From NCBI GenBank assembly GCA_013239625.1, contig MU054187.1:12255325-12319324 (forward strand): a DNA stretch of 64,000 bases, in the 5' to 3' direction. How positions within the stretch are numbered: position 1 is the stretch's first letter; each line of letters starts with the position of its first letter. This document shows positions 1 to 13,520 of the stretch, in pieces. The translations under genes were made by a program, and so were the position numbers. The notes beneath the pieces were generated by a model. It did no database searches and had not been told where the DNA came from. It saw only the letters and a list, made by a program, of their open reading frames with translations. Source of the stretch: Lama guanicoe (lineage: Eukaryota).

Positions 1-309
1 CACGTCAAGATTTATTGCTGTTAGCAAATCTGTCCCTCTGTCGTGTCTTCGGCAGGCGAGCACACGTAGGTGGCACTGTCTAACCCCCTCCTGAGGGTTG
101 CAGCAGAATCTTCCATTACCCATTGTAACCCCCTTTCTTCACTAGGGCAGCGGTGTTTACAAGGGAATTGGGACTGGATAATTTGTAAGGGTGTTTCTAG
201 CTTTAATGTTTCTTTATGATGGTGGTCATACATATACAACTGTGATTCATTTCTTAAACCAAAAGCCTGGTGAGAGGTAAAACAGAGATTCAATAGAGTG
301 ATGTTTTAC

Positions 310-740
310 TTTTCATAAATTGAGGCAAAATTTACATTCAGTGCAATAAACAGTTCTTAAGAGTAAAGTTCGAGAGTTCTGACAAATGAAAGCACCCAAA
401 TCCACACTCCTATCAAGATATACATAACACTGTCAATACCCAGTAAAGCTCTCATGGGCCTCTTCTCAGGCAACCTGTGCCCCCTCCCTCCACCAACAAC
501 ATCTACTCTTAATTTCTATTATCACAGATTAGTTTTGCTTTCTCTAAAACTTCGAATAAAGGGAATCATACAGTAAGTACTCTTCATGCTTCTTTCAGCA
601 TAGTGTTTTTTAGATTATCCTTCTGACTGCATATATTAATAATTTGTCCCGTTTTAGCACTAAGGGTAATTCCACTGTATCAATAGATTATAGTTCATCT
701 ATTCTCTGGTGGGCATTTCGGTTGTTTCCAACGGAGGGCT
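310..740 (-). mobile_element. Old L1 (L1M) 3' region, left part, interrupted by an MLT1 LTR
   Basis: Antisense L1 3'-UTR motifs (attgaggcaaaatttaca, gattagttttgct, ggaatcatacagtaagtactc, gggcatttcggttgtttcca). Confidence 0.75.
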
Positions 741-1315
741 TGTGGTAAACAGAATTCTAAAATGCTTCTGAAAGATTTGCCCACCCCGCAAGGTACACAC
801 CCTGCCTCCTCCCCAGCACTGTAAATACAATGGGTTTTCCCTCCAATGATTAGGTTATGTTATACTGCACAACTGCTTTCAAGATAGGAGATTACTGGGG
901 AGGGCCTGGCCTCACCCTAACAAGTGTTCTCCGTCAGGCAGCAGCAGAAGTCAGAGTTCAAAGCACACGAAGGATTCAGTAGACTTTTGGTGATGTGAAG
1001 ATGGGGGAAACCACATGCCAAGGAATGCAAGTGACCTCTGGGAGCTGGGAGGGGCGCCCAGTCAACATGGAGCAAGCGAACAGGATCTCAGTCCCACAGC
1101 TGCAAGGTCCTGAATTCTGCCAGCAACAAGAACGAGCCGAGGGAGGAGCTTTCCCCCAACTGTCCAGGTGAGAACTCATTTTCGCTGACACCTTCATTTC
1201 ACCCTGGGCAGACAACCAGCCAACTCCATGCTCAATTTCTGCTCTACACGATGGTGAGCTAATAAGTGGGGGCTGTTTGTGGTAATCTGTTACTCAGCAA
1301 AAGAAAACTAATGGA
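741..1315 (+). mobile_element. MLT1 (ERVL-MaLR) solo LTR nested in L1
   Basis: Starts tgtggtaaacagaattcta; contains ccacatgccaaggaatgcaagtgacctct and gctgacaccttcatttc; ends ggtaatctgttactcagcaaaagaaaactaat. Confidence 0.8.
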
Positions 1316-1570
1316 GGGGGTAATTATATACAAGTTGCTACCAATACTCATGTCCAAGTCTTTTCACAGACATAAGTTTTCATTTCTTGTGGGTAAATAC
1401 CTGGGAGTGGAACTGCGGGCTCATGAATAAGTACATAGTTATAAGAAACTGTCGAACTGTTTTCCAAAGCAGCTTTACCAGTTTACACTCCCACCAGCCA
1501 TGCATGAGAGATCTGGGTGTCCCACCACCTCACCAACATTTGGCATTTGTTAGTCTTTTTAGTTTAACTG
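1316..1570 (-). mobile_element. Old L1 (L1M), continuation after the LTR
   Basis: ttttcatttcttgtgggtaaatacctgggagtggaactgc and ttacactcccaccagccatgcatgagag are typical antisense L1 ORF2-end/3'-UTR sequence. Confidence 0.8.
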
Positions 1571-1889
1571 AAGTCCTAAATGTGTTAGCAGCCTTCTCTA
1601 CATGTAGGGTGTAATCTGGGTCTGTTTCCTTCTCGGTAGAGTTTTTATAACATTTACAGCTAACAACACCGCATCAAGCCCTGTTTTGTATTCTCCGCCA
1701 GTGTCTCTTAAGGGTCAAGTTCCTCTCACTGGAGCATAAACATTGAAGGCACTGATCATGCCTTTATTCCTCTAAGTCCTCAATTTCATCTAGCCTAGTG
1801 CTGTATCTATAGATCACGTGGTCAAATTTATATACTGACATTTCTTTTTCCTTAAAATGGTAATTAAGTAGCAACATGAAAAAATGCTT

Positions 1890-2108
1890 TTGAAGAGGAC
1901 TTGGAATTACACTTTACTTTGAATCCATCACTAGATACACAACCTTGAGCAAGTTACTTAACCTCTCTGAGCCTTAAGGGCTCCTTATCTGTAGAGGGGG
2001 ACCCGCCTATACTGCACTGTGGCGGTGAGGGTTCTATGAACTATAAGGAAAGCAACTAGCCCGAAGCCTGGCATAGGAGGCCATCAACTGAAGGCAGCTA
2101 TTACTAGC
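1890..2108 (+). mobile_element. MIR SINE
   Basis: Core accttgagcaagttacttaacctctctgagcct...cttatctgta. Confidence 0.75.
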
Positions 2109-4614
2109 TCTTAGTCTGATAAGATGTTCAGCAAAAAGAAGACAGAAACAGTATCTTTCTCTCATAACTTTAAGGAAAGAACGGAAAAGAGAATACATAA
2201 AATGTTCAAAAGAGTTGCGTTAGGTAGATGGGACCATAGGTGATTTTCATTCTAATTTCCAAACCTTAAGAAATGTTTCCGTAATTTTAAAATACAGCAA
2301 TATGTTGATAACTTCTAAAACTGGGTGAAGTTTTAGTACGTGGAGGGGGAGTTATAATACCATGCTAAATTTCCCTTATACAAACTTCAAAAAAATAGAG
2401 TATACTGGACCAAAAAAAAGAGTAAATCTTTAATCTACAATGATTTCTTGATACACTAAGACCATACATTTTGTTTACTCATATGATTAGCATGAGATAA
2501 ACTCTAAATGTGCCGCATTTAACAAGTGGCAGAGTGTAAGCAAACTTTAAGTCACTTATGATATTAATTTGTTAACCCATTAGCACTGTAATTCTGTTAT
2601 ACCTAAATATTAGGTTTTTAAAACCTGATAAAATATCATGGAAGAGTTACACTGTCTGTTAAATGCGTTTTTAATGCAAAGAGGAATATGCTGCATAAAT
2701 AAATAGTGAGTGAGCAAGGCGAAAAGTAAGAATGCTCATTTGGATTGGCTGTTTTCATCAGGCACCTGTGACCACAGAATTATGTCACTTGGACCTCTGG
2801 CCTCTCTCCTCAAGAGGTGAGCCAGGGACAGAGAAAAGGCCTCTCTGTGAATACCCTGCCTATGGATGGCATCCTGCTGACACTGACTAAAGAGTTCCTT
2901 CTTTTGATATGTAGGGAAATAAGCCTTCAAGGCCCAACTGTGCTAAGCGAGCAGTGAGTGCTACTTTGTTGGGTTGCTTCCAATAAAAGGCTTATGCAAA
3001 CAGCAGTGCAGAAATGCCTATGCTACTTCTGCAGGAGATTATACCCGCACAAAAGACAGCTGAGGAGCAGGACTGGAGAGCACAATCACTTCTAAATACG
3101 ACTCTGCCAAGTCGCCACTTCATGAAATGAAATAACACACAAATAGCACGCTACATTTCCATCTCAGCGTCTGTACCTCATCCAAGGACTTTAGAGGCTT
3201 CAACTACTGAATCAGGCTCTTCCCAATTAGTGCGCGTGTAAACCACTCTAAAGGAAGTCGCCTTGAAGAGGTGCGTTTCTTCTTCGAAGTACTAGGTTAC
3301 CACTGAAGTTCCTAGGTGATCTGTTAAACAGAGTTAGTGAGAACCCCCGTGGTCTGTCAGAGTTTATACCTTTTATTCCTTTGGATTCTAAAAGTGCCTA
3401 AGGCTCAGGGAGTAGATTAAATACCACAAGAATTTGATTCATTGATTAATCCAGCTTTCTTGAGATTGGCATTATGACCTAAAATTCTCTAACAGGATCA
3501 AGGACCATTCAGAATTATAAAATCATGCGGGTGAAAAAGAATGTGAGATCCACCCCGTCCTGGGACTCCTGAAGTCTTCCGTCTCGAACTCCCAAACGCG
3601 GATACCCCCACGGTCTCGAGCTAGCCTTTTTTAAATATGGAAACTTATTATCATTTCCCTATTAATTAAGGAGAAAGCTTCCTAAACTGTTATTAGAAGT
3701 TCAAACAGTAACCTAAGGCTGAGACTAGACCACACTGCTTCTTTAAAAGGTTAGAGAGGATTGAGGTTCCAGGGACAGAACAGAAGAGCTATGCCCTTTG
3801 GCCTTAAACACACCTGCCTGACATCCTTAAACTCTTGTGTGTTAACCAGGTTCGCTCTTCTGACTCTGCTGTTTTCTGGACCCCCTACACACTGACTTCT
3901 CCAAATAGAGCCAGAAGAAAGGGACAGTCACACACGCAGAGGACCGGAAGCGCCTGGCCTGCTCTTCACGTTGTATCGGAATGGAAGGCTTCGCAGGTGA
4001 CTGACAGTAAGACTTCTCTTTTTCCTTGACAACCTCTTTTAACTGAGATCTGACTGAAAGTTTTAACTCGTTCATAAACTTGGCCTTATAAACAGAATAG
4101 ACAAAAAGCTTCCCTTTGTGGAGATGCTATATTCTGAGGCAAACAATTAATTATTCATCTATTCTAAATTTCCACAGGCACAGGAGGCACCTGTGACAAA
4201 AGGCGCTAAGGACACATGTTTTGTGTTTGTCTCTAAGACCGCATCTCTCCCAGCACATTGCTGGCTCTTAGCACCTGAGCCAATTCTGACTCAACTTTTA
4301 ACCACTGTCACTCGTGACATGCTTTTGTAAGAGGTGGAGGATTTCTTTCACCTTCCCCTCACCCCAGCTCTATCTTTTTCTGCTTTCTCCTTAGTCGTTC
4401 CTTCCTTTCATATCATTAAGAAATGACTGATCCTTGCCTGGAGGAGGGTAATAATTGCAATCAGAGGGGAAAAACTGTTAGAGGGAAAAGGAACCTTTCC
4501 TCAAAGCCCCACAGGCCACAGGAAGAGTTTACAATGAAGGAAAAAACATTTTTGACACCTGCTCTAATGTCTTTCACCTCCTTCTCGTTCTTTTTCTTTT
4601 TTAGCTTCAGATTA

Positions 4615-4890
4615 ACTCACTTCATTCAACAAATATTTATTCAGTCCCAATGTCATATAATGCACTGAATCAGGCACTGGGAATACAAAAATGAACAGGA
4701 CAAAAATCCCTGCCCTCTAGAGACCCATAGTCGAGGAAGGTGAACAGAGAAGGAGGCAAAGTTTATAAAATATGATCAGAAATGCCATCTCCAGACAAAG
4801 AGGAGAACACCTGATTTGGAAAGGGAAGGGCCAGGAAAGGCTTCAGAGAACAGCAGGTCAAGCAGGACTCCATCACATGTCTGAGGAAGG
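4615..4890 (-). mobile_element. L2 LINE 3' end
   Basis: ttcattcaacaaatatttatt...aggcactgggaatacaaaaatgaacagg...ccctgccctc. Confidence 0.75.
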
Positions 4891-5095
4891 GGAGAAGCAG
4901 GTACAAAATGATTTGATAGTAAAGAAAACCTTCCCCAGCAGGAGAGGAAGGTTTCCAGATTGGCCAGCTTCTCCTGTCTCTCCAACTTTGCCGCATCCTC
5001 CTGGGTTCTACTCCAACTACACCCCAGCCATTCCTAGAAACCAGCTGGCAGAACGGGACGGGGGGAGGGGAGCAGAGAAATGGAGGCAAATTGAC

Positions 5096-5115
5096 AAAAA
5101 AAAAAAAAAAAAAAA
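5096..5115. repeat. Poly(A) tract
   Basis: Uninterrupted run of about 20 A. Confidence 0.95.
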
Positions 5116-5434
5116 GGATTTCAAAGGTAGGACCTAAACCAGCCTGTCACTGCTACTGAGTGGGTCTTGACCAGAACGGGAAACAAAGTGTAGCATTTTC
5201 ACTGCTGTACATGGACCATGGCTACATTATCCAGTCAGCTCAGAACAAGAAAAGGTCGTTTTGTTCTTTTTGATGTTTTTGATGTATTTTCCCCTTAAAC
5301 AGGGCCAATTTCATAAAGAAGCCCCCTTCTTTATAAGCGAAGCATCTTACTCAGATTATATCAGGTCAAAACTATTTAACAAAATGAAGAGAGAAAAAAG
5401 CTGTAAAGATACATCTTCTAAAAATCAAACACAT

Positions 5435-6060
5435 CCAGTGTTTACCATGTGCGTGATGCTGGTCTAAGCTTTGCATTGGTATTCTTATCTGGTTTCCTCA
5501 CACCAATATTATTGGGCTGGTACTATCATTACTCCCAATTTACTAAGGCACAGAGATGTCCAGTAAAGCTGGGAAGAAAAAGGACCAGGATTTGAACTCC
5601 TGCAGCCTGGTTCGAGAGTCAACCTTTAGCTGTGACACTGCACACAAAAAGAATAGAGGGTGCTCAGGCTTAATGATCCCCAAGGGTGCAGGCATCATGC
5701 CAGCGAGGTGTTTTGCATGTGGTGTCCCACTGGTTCCTCTAAATACCATGAGATTGGTTAATCTTCCCCTTTGAGAGATGAAAACACTGAGGCTCAGTGA
5801 GGTTAAGTAACTTATTCAAGATTACACAATCGAAAGACTGCAAAACACTGGTTATTTATTGGGTGCAAGTTATATGCCAGCCACTCTAACATGCGTTATC
5901 CCTTTGATCCTCTCAACAGCCCTGTAACATAGGTATTAACTTATCCCTATTTTATAGCTAAGGAAAATAAGGCTTAGAGAGAGGTTTGGGAATCTAATCA
6001 GAGTCAGGGTAGTAAGAACAAAAATTTAACCATGGACCAGTTGAGTCCCAAATCCCGTTT
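5435..6060 (-). mobile_element. Cluster of about three MIR fragments
   Basis: ccaggatttgaactcc; gatgaaaacactgaggctcagtgaggttaagtaacttattcaag; ccctattttatagctaaggaaaataaggcttagaga. Confidence 0.7.
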
Positions 6061-6209
6061 TCCCCCTCTGATGCTGCTGGAAATAAAACTTTACACACAA
6101 GCTCTAATATGCAAGGCATTATTAGGAGTACACAGATGATTCCACCCCACACAGTAAGTTCACAGCATAAAGAGGGAGAAAGGGCTGCTATACAAATCAC
6201 TATAATCTC

Positions 6210-6410
6210 CATTCATCTATTCCTCAGCTGTTCACTGAGGTCCTCACCACGTGGAGGCACTGTAGACAGAGCAGTGAACCGAGATGAAAATTCCTGCCCT
6301 TCTTACCTTACAATCTAGAGAGGGACAATAAGCAAGATACATAGGGAAAGACACAGTATGTACCACAGTGGTGCTAAGTGCTCAGGAGGAAGAAAGAATG
6401 GAGGGGGATT
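6210..6410 (-). mobile_element. L2 LINE 3' fragment
   Basis: cattcatctattc...aggcactgtagac...agcagtgaac...cctgccct...tacaatctag. Confidence 0.6.
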
Positions 6411-6469
6411 AGATAAGAGGGTAAGTTGGGGACATTTCAGCTAGGGCAGCCAGGGACTCTCCGGCTCTT

Positions 6470-8010
6470 CACCAGACAAGAAGCAGATCGCCATCACCGT
6501 GACAGAGAACTGTCCCCTCACCTTCCCCAGTATTCCCTGACCCTCCTGAGAGCCATGGATAAACCCTATTTTCTCACCTTCAAGCCTGGTACAATCGGGC
6601 TTCTATCAGAACACTTTTTCAACCCTTGGCTTCCATGACACTGCAGGATCATGCTTTTCTTCCCACCTCCCTGATCTGTGTTGGGGCTACTTCTCCCTGC
6701 CACCAAGCCAAATGAACAAACAAACAAAAAACACCAAAAAACAAAACAAAACTATAGATATTACTTGAACGGCAACCTTGGTTTTGCTTCTCACTATAAA
6801 GCCAGCCCTCGTGGATCACACCTGCTGATGCAGTTTCAGGGATCACATCTGTAAAAACGGGACCCTATTTGCACTTCCAGCCTCACTTCAGCCATCGCCT
6901 GAGCTCCAGTGCCCTCCTTTCAACCCCCCGTAGACATCTCTCCTACGTGTCCACACTTTTCTGCAGAAACGCCTTTTCCTCTCTCTGCTGCTTCTCATTT
7001 TCTGCCACCCAGTGCGTTTTCTGGACTGTTCCTTCTCTCTCCATCCTCAAACCCAACAGATGTCCAAGATCCTCAGACTCCACTTTCGCAGTTCCTCCAG
7101 ATCATATCACTTTCTTTCTGCAACCGCCGGGCTTTCCACACCTCTAAAGCAGGCTTCCCCAGGAACTGCTCCCCGTGTCGAGGTTCTCCCTTTCTCCACT
7201 TCTATGATCAGCATCAGATTTTAGTGTCATGGTTGAATCATGTTTAACACGGTGTTAAATCACCATATAGTGCTGATCTGAGGATTAAGTGTGACAATTC
7301 TAACACCCACCTACCACAATCCCTAACACACAGTAGAGAGTCAAAAAGTGTCAATTCTCTTACTTTCACTTCCTGTGAAATCAAATAGGGATTTGGCCTT
7401 CAGAGGCCTGTGCAATCCACCTAGTTTTCCAGGGATTTCTACCAAATATTTCCCTCCCTCTGCGGACTCAGTTCTGGCCAAACTGGAGGACCCCGTTTTC
7501 TTAGACTCGAAGTGGTCTGGCACTTTCATGCGGACTTAGCATTCACACATTCCATCCCATTCCGCTGAGAGTGAAGTCTCTCTTGCCCTTCTCAGTCTAA
7601 ATCTCCTGATCCTCTGAGGTTTGTCATCTCAGTAGCCAGCTCCTCATGGAATCTTCCCTAAGCCCTTCATACAAGAGACCTTCCCCCTCTCAATCCCCAG
7701 AAACCACCAACGACTCTGACAGCGTCTATCACTCAATCTATAAATAATTATTGATCACTTGATATGTGCCAGGCAATGTATCAGAGACGGAGGACACAAA
7801 TGTAACAAAACGACCGTATTCGTTAACATCATGGTTATTACTATGCACTTTTTCATTTTACACTGAGCACATTATAAACTTGAAAGTGGCCCAGCACAAT
7901 GATTGTAAGCTCTTTGATGTCAGAGTCTGCGCGTTACTCATCTTCGTCTTCTCTACAGCACGTATTATGATACCTTAATACACAACGTAAGCTTAAATTG
8001 TTAAATTTGA
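6470..8010 (+). mobile_element. Degraded L2 LINE fragments, with small MIR and inverted L2 pieces
   Basis: C/T-rich L2-like text (ccttggcttccatgacac, cttccagcctcacttc, gattgtaagctctttgatgtcagagtctg). Confidence 0.55.
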
Positions 8011-8603
8011 TGGTGCCCATAACAATTTTGCAATATTTCAAAAACACTTTTATTCAGAGACGTTTAAGGGGTTTATAGCAAAGAATCAACTATTACTAAA
8101 ACGCATGAGAGAAATTACTACTATTTGTAAAAATTCTACGTGAAGAAATAAGTATTACATAGCAATTAGGTGCATAACAGTTTACTACGATTTAAATATA
8201 AAGCTAGGTAATCCTAGAGCCTCAGATTATGCCCTAGGTTCAAAGTCTAAAGAATATGTCAAAGCAACAAATAAGACAAATTCAGTAAAACCCTCAATCC
8301 TTAGAGTAACTTTTATTACATTTGTGTTTTGCTATTGAGCGGAGATGTGCCACGTAAAAGTCTCATGATTGGTACAAACTATGTCATATGTAAATGAGAA
8401 ATTAAATGACTGAATAAAGAACAAATTCACTGCACCGGGTCCCTGACTCAGGTGTTAAACGCAAGACTTGTAAGTTAGAGGGACAAGCCAAATATAAAGT
8501 GTGAAGAAAACCTGACAGAAGACGTCTACTCTAAGTCATCCCTTAGTATTCAATGCCTCCACCAAGAGCGCTGGAACCACGGCCCTCCCTAACAAAGCCA
8601 TCG

Positions 8604-8637
8604 AAAGCAAAAGCAAAAGCAAAAGCAAAAGCAAAAA
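8604..8637. repeat. (AAAAGC)n hexanucleotide repeat
   Basis: aaagcaaaagcaaaagcaaaagcaaaagcaaaaa. Confidence 0.95.
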
Positions 8638-9514
8638 GGTCAATTCTCCAGTAGCTTAGATATTGTAAAAATATGAATACATGCTCAGAGAGTGGAAATA
8701 AATCTTAACATTTCAGAACTATTTCTTGGCCCTAATACTTCCAAATGGGTAGAGTCTGATGGGGATTAAGGGCCTCTCTGTGCCTTGTGCTGAGCTGGGC
8801 ACTACACCTAATCATTTGCTTTAAGCAGAATAATGAAGAACAAATCAACAGTTTAAATGCTCAACTTCTAGTGTTCAGTGTCAAAAGAACCATTATATAG
8901 TCAACTAAGAAAATTACTGAATACTACACCAACATCCATCTCCCAGTTTTAGGATACTAAAGACTGTCCATTTGTTTTTCATAAAAGCAACCAGTATCAT
9001 TTATTTTGATAGAAAATTTATTCCTTAGACATTCTTGGCTAAAAAAAAAAAAGATTAACAACTAAAAATATTTACAAAGAGCTCACCAAAAAGAAGGATC
9101 CCTGTCATTACTGAAACATGAACTGGTGAATGAACAAAGCAGACATTTTACCAGGAAAAGCACACGATCTGGGTTCACGTGGTAGGTCATGATAAAGATA
9201 AAACAGCATATTGCATGAAAGGTGGATCTTCAAGGCTAACCCCATCCCTTGCCAGCATGACAATACGCTTTAACAGAACAGCTGGAGAAATGACAAAGTC
9301 GGTGCATGCTCCAGTTTAAGAGGGAAAAGGTTAGACTACTACAAATAGTGAATATGATGGCAAAACACTGCAGTGAAAGCTGAGTCTTAGTTTAGTAAAA
9401 CATGCAAAGTTAACTTTTAACACTTGAGTACATATAGCAGATTTTATGAAATAATTATAGTAAAAGAAATTATTAAGTACCTAAATATCAAAGCTTCAAA
9501 TTAAAGTGATTTTA

Positions 9515-9670
9515 AGACTTAATGTTTATTGAGTGCTTAGTAAGTGCTAAGCCCTTTACATACATTATCTCATTTAATACCATCCCTATGAATCAGATAT
9601 TTATCTTCTCCCCATTTTACATTAAGTGTCAGAGCTTGGGTTCATACCTCAAATCTAACTTGGTCCTTTA
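9515..9670 (-). mobile_element. MIR SINE
   Basis: tttattgagtgctta...attatctcatttaat...ccctatgaa...ccccattttaca. Confidence 0.7.
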
Positions 9671-10777
9671 ATTACTACAGTAGTATATACTGCGTTAACA
9701 CATATATATAAACACATACAGGTTCTTTCCCTATACAGTAATACGCACTATATTAACTTTCCTGTGAATTTAATGCTCAAACACATACACAGGGTAACTA
9801 ACACACCCAATCTTCTCATAATATGGGAGTACCATATGAATTGCTCAAAGCTATACACGTTAAAGTACTTTTACATGGAGAAGAGGAGAGAGGCAAAGCA
9901 GTGAGAATTGGTTCCTGACATGGAAAAAGGACACCAGGTTCACTCTTATTGCAGTTCCCTGAATCAGAGCCAAGACAGGGGCATGGCTGGGACTGCTGTG
10001 GGAGGGGACAGGGCACAACTACTCATCCTGCCAGGCAAACCCTGGTCTCTCAATGCACTGACTATGCAACTTTAATAGGCTTATACAAGCTTGGGGAGAT
10101 AGGAGGGGTGAGATGCCAGTGAATACAAGTACAGTCTCGCTAAAGGACAGTTGGTGGCAAGTGTGGGAAGAGGGAAGAAGGCCTGAGAGGGCTGCCTTAA
10201 TTTCAGTCTTGATGCCAAAAAAATTGTATTTCTTTTACCTTTAAGGAAGTGAAGTGGTGAGCAAGCAGAGCACACATTCCATGCACACGGTATGACCATT
10301 TTTAGAAAAAAGAAAAGGCCATATTTATGCCTCTTACTTTTTAGAGCACCATTTAAGGTAAGGCTATAGTTTCCATCACTAGTTTAAGCACTTTCCTTTT
10401 ATTCTAAAAATCAAAGATCAATCAAATTCTTATTTTTGAATTAGGGATGTCAACTACATGTGGGTCTACTAAGGGTTAGATAAAGGTCTGAAAATTTTTA
10501 ATAATTTATTAAAAATAAGAAAAAGATACATTTTATGTCTATTCAGAAGTCAAACTGAACAACTCTTCCAAATGAATCAAAATATCCAATTTTAAATGGA
10601 ATAGGGCAAAGTAAACATCCTTTTAGCTCAAGATAAATATGTTCCTAAAATGTAAATAAAATGTTTTTCACATATAAAATATAATTTTCCTAATAAATCA
10701 TATGACATTGGAGAAATATGCGTTCATGAAAAAGAAAAATCACATTGATGGGCTGATCTAAAAATTTGGAGAAATCT

Positions 10778-10827
10778 TTGACAACACTGTAAAATGACTA
10801 TAATTCAATAAAAAATGTTTATATAAA
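10778..10827 (+). mobile_element. 50-bp young L1 3'-tail insertion with an 18-bp TSD
   Basis: ttgacaacactgtaaaatgactataattcaataaaaaatgttt flanked by identical aaaaatttggagaaatct at 10760-10777 and 10828-10845; similar to the 3' end of the element at 33634-33836. Confidence 0.88.
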
Positions 10828-11744
10828 AAAAATTTGGAGAAATCTGACCACATGCCTAGGAAGTGTGTATTCCAACAGGGGTCTGCAAGCCATCAGCTGA
10901 GTCCCACCGGTTGAAGTTGATTGCTAGTAAAAATCAAAATCAATCAAAAATATTCAGAGCATGGCAGGAAAACTGCAGATGTGAGCCCTCACCACTTTGG
11001 TCAACTTAAACTTATGCAGCAGAGCCATGGAGACATAAATTATGATACTTCCCTCCTTCCCTTAACAGAGCCCATTACTTAGAATCAGAATTGCATTAAT
11101 CAACATGCAGAAATTATATTTTAAAATTTATTATAAGAAAATGAAGAAAAAATTTCATTGATGTATCATTATCTGTCAGAAGCTAATTCTTTAACCATCT
11201 TTCAGGTGATTTTAAGTACCAATATAGCTACAACACTCACCAATGGGTTTTCTTAGGTTCAACTAAATATTCAGACTCAAAACTATCATAGTCAACGTCT
11301 GGCATCAATCTCTTGAGAAGGATACAGTCAAGACCAGGGTGGGCTGGCAGGGAAGCACAAGGCACTATTCTGCTGTGGAAGTGCTTCCCCGACCAGGCAC
11401 CCATTCAGCTCAGCTCTATACTGGATCACTGCAGGAGCTGCCCCTTAGATGCTCCCTGTTCCACAGAAACCAACGCTTCCAAAGTCCCCATGAGGGAAAT
11501 GATCATTTGTAACAGTCGCTGCACCCAGGGAACCTCAAAGCTAGGAGTCCCCCATCAGGTATTCATATTTCATTTATCCTCCTATTTAAGATGCAGTTAA
11601 CCACTCAGGGGTCATTTCTGTCATATATAATGTTACCTAGGATCATAGCTGATATATAGACTTAGCAGATTACCAAAGGAACAGTTACAAAGTTGACCAA
11701 AAGTTTAAAATGCCAACCTGAAGTATCTGGCATATATTTAATAA

Positions 11745-12330
11745 CTACAAATTAATAAGAAAAACACAACCCAATAGGAAAATGGGCAAAATACATTTAC
11801 AGGCAATTAAGAAGAAAGAACCAAATGGCCAATCTCAACAGCAATCAGAGAATGTGTATTAAAACTAAAATGAAATACTATTTCATACCCTGCACATTGT
11901 CAAAAATTAAATCTTAAATCATATACCCTAAACCCAGCAATTCTCCTCCCAGAGAAATTCTCCCATGTATACAAGTTGACACACACAAAAACATTTGCCA
12001 CTGGACTGCTTATAATTGCAAAAAACTGTAAACAACCTAACTGTTCACCAAGAGGGAAATGGACAGGTTGTGATATGCTCATATAATGGAATGTTGTATG
12101 CCTGACTGACTTGCAAATACATGGATAGTGTCTCAAAACAACATAAAGCTATAGTAAAAAGGAAGCTGCAAAACCAAATGAGCAGTGTAGTACTAAGTCT
12201 TAAAACATACAAAATGATACCAAGTACTATAAACAATTAAATACACAAAGAGTAAAAGTAAAAAGCAAACATAAAAAGCATGGGCACAATAAACAACAAA
12301 TTCAGGATGGCAGTTATCTCTGAGAAAAGA
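11745..12330 (+). mobile_element. Old L1 (L1ME-like) 3' region
   Basis: caacccaataggaaaatgggcaaa, acccagcaattctcctcc, aaaactgtaaacaacctaactgttcacca. Confidence 0.75.
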
Positions 12331-12569
12331 AAGAAAATGGTATCAATAATCTAGAGAAAAGAGTTTTTTAATTGATAAAGAACAAACATTTAAAATCCAG
12401 AAAAGAGAATGCTATGTTTCGGCAGTTCTCGATCAGAATGCATTACAAGACACTGGTTCTCTTTAACTTTTAGACTATTATTGTATTTGTAATGTTTTTA
12501 ATTGAATTTCTCTTTCAGACAATCAGTAACCAGGTTCTGATCAGCCTTTTTGATGCCAGGACCCTTGGT

Positions 12570-13265
12570 CCAGTTGCGACACTGTGTCCACTGTTCTAAA
12601 CCAAGACTTCGCCTCTCTTCTCCTCCTCTCCAGTTCACCCCCAAACTCACCCTGTGCACCAAGAACAAATCAATCAATATAAATTGTCACTTTGGTAATC
12701 TCCCTCATCAGATCCTGGAACTTCAATCTCTGATGGCAGCCACTGCCTGGAGAATGAAGGAAAAGGCTTTTCACCTAGCGCTTCAAGGACTCAGAGCTTT
12801 GCCTTCTGGTACCCCTCCTCCAGACACAGGGCTCTCTCTGGCTTTGCCCATTCCCTTTTCTTCCTTCTCATTCAAGCTGGGTCTTCTCTTGCCTGGAATG
12901 CTACCTCTCCACCACCCCTCTTCAGGTATCCAAACCGTAGCTGTCTTCCAAGGCTTGGCCACAAGTCTTATCTCCCCCAGAAACCTATCCCTAACCAATC
13001 TGCTCTAATTTGGTCTCATTCATCCATTCAGATACTTACTGGGTGTCGGCATGTGGCAGGAGACATAGCTCTGGCATCACGCACGGAATGCCTGTGTACA
13101 CTACACATGAACGAAAAACTGCCCTGGTCCTCTTGTTAACGAGTACGTTAACCTCAGCTATGCTATAAGCTTCTTAAAGGCAAGGGATTCATTTTTCCCA
13201 CAGGGGAAAATAACACAGTACTTTGTAGTGGTCAGAGTTCAACAAACATTCTCTGGTGAAATGAA
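12570..13265 (+). mobile_element. L2 LINE 3' region
   Basis: ttgcctggaatgcta, ctataagcttcttaaaggcaaggga, ending ttcaacaaacatt...tgaaatgaat. Confidence 0.65.
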
Positions 13266-13374
13266 TTCTGAAATGGTAAGGTTAAATCATCTAATTTTTT
13301 GATCAAAAATAATTAATGCTTATCCTCAGAGCTTTAAATAATGACATTGTCTTGTGCCTATCTGCACAACAAGA

Positions 13375-13520
13375 ATAATGGACTTGGAGTCAGAAGGTCC
13401 TGTTTGAACTTGGGCTCCACTACTTACTACCTCATAATTCTCCCATTAATCTCCATAAAATGAAAATATTCACAGCTATCCGAGAAGACTTTCGCAACTG
13501 TTATGGAGGAACAAGTAAAT
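13375..13520 (+). mobile_element. MIR/MIR3 SINE
   Basis: tggacttggagtcagaagg...ggctccactacttactac. Confidence 0.6.

Noticed and set aside
4772..5137. 121-aa ORF with a poly-Lys tail
   Set aside because: It overlaps an L2 fragment and a genomic poly(A) run
7243..7259. Palindrome tttaacac-g-gtgttaaa (and a 9-bp inverted repeat at 16618-16642)
   Set aside because: Arms of 8-9 bp are expected by chance in 64 kb of AT-rich DNA
12550..13008. Longest ORF (152 aa)
   Set aside because: It lies within a degraded L2 element, and its Leu/Pro/Ser-rich composition reflects C/T-rich DNA
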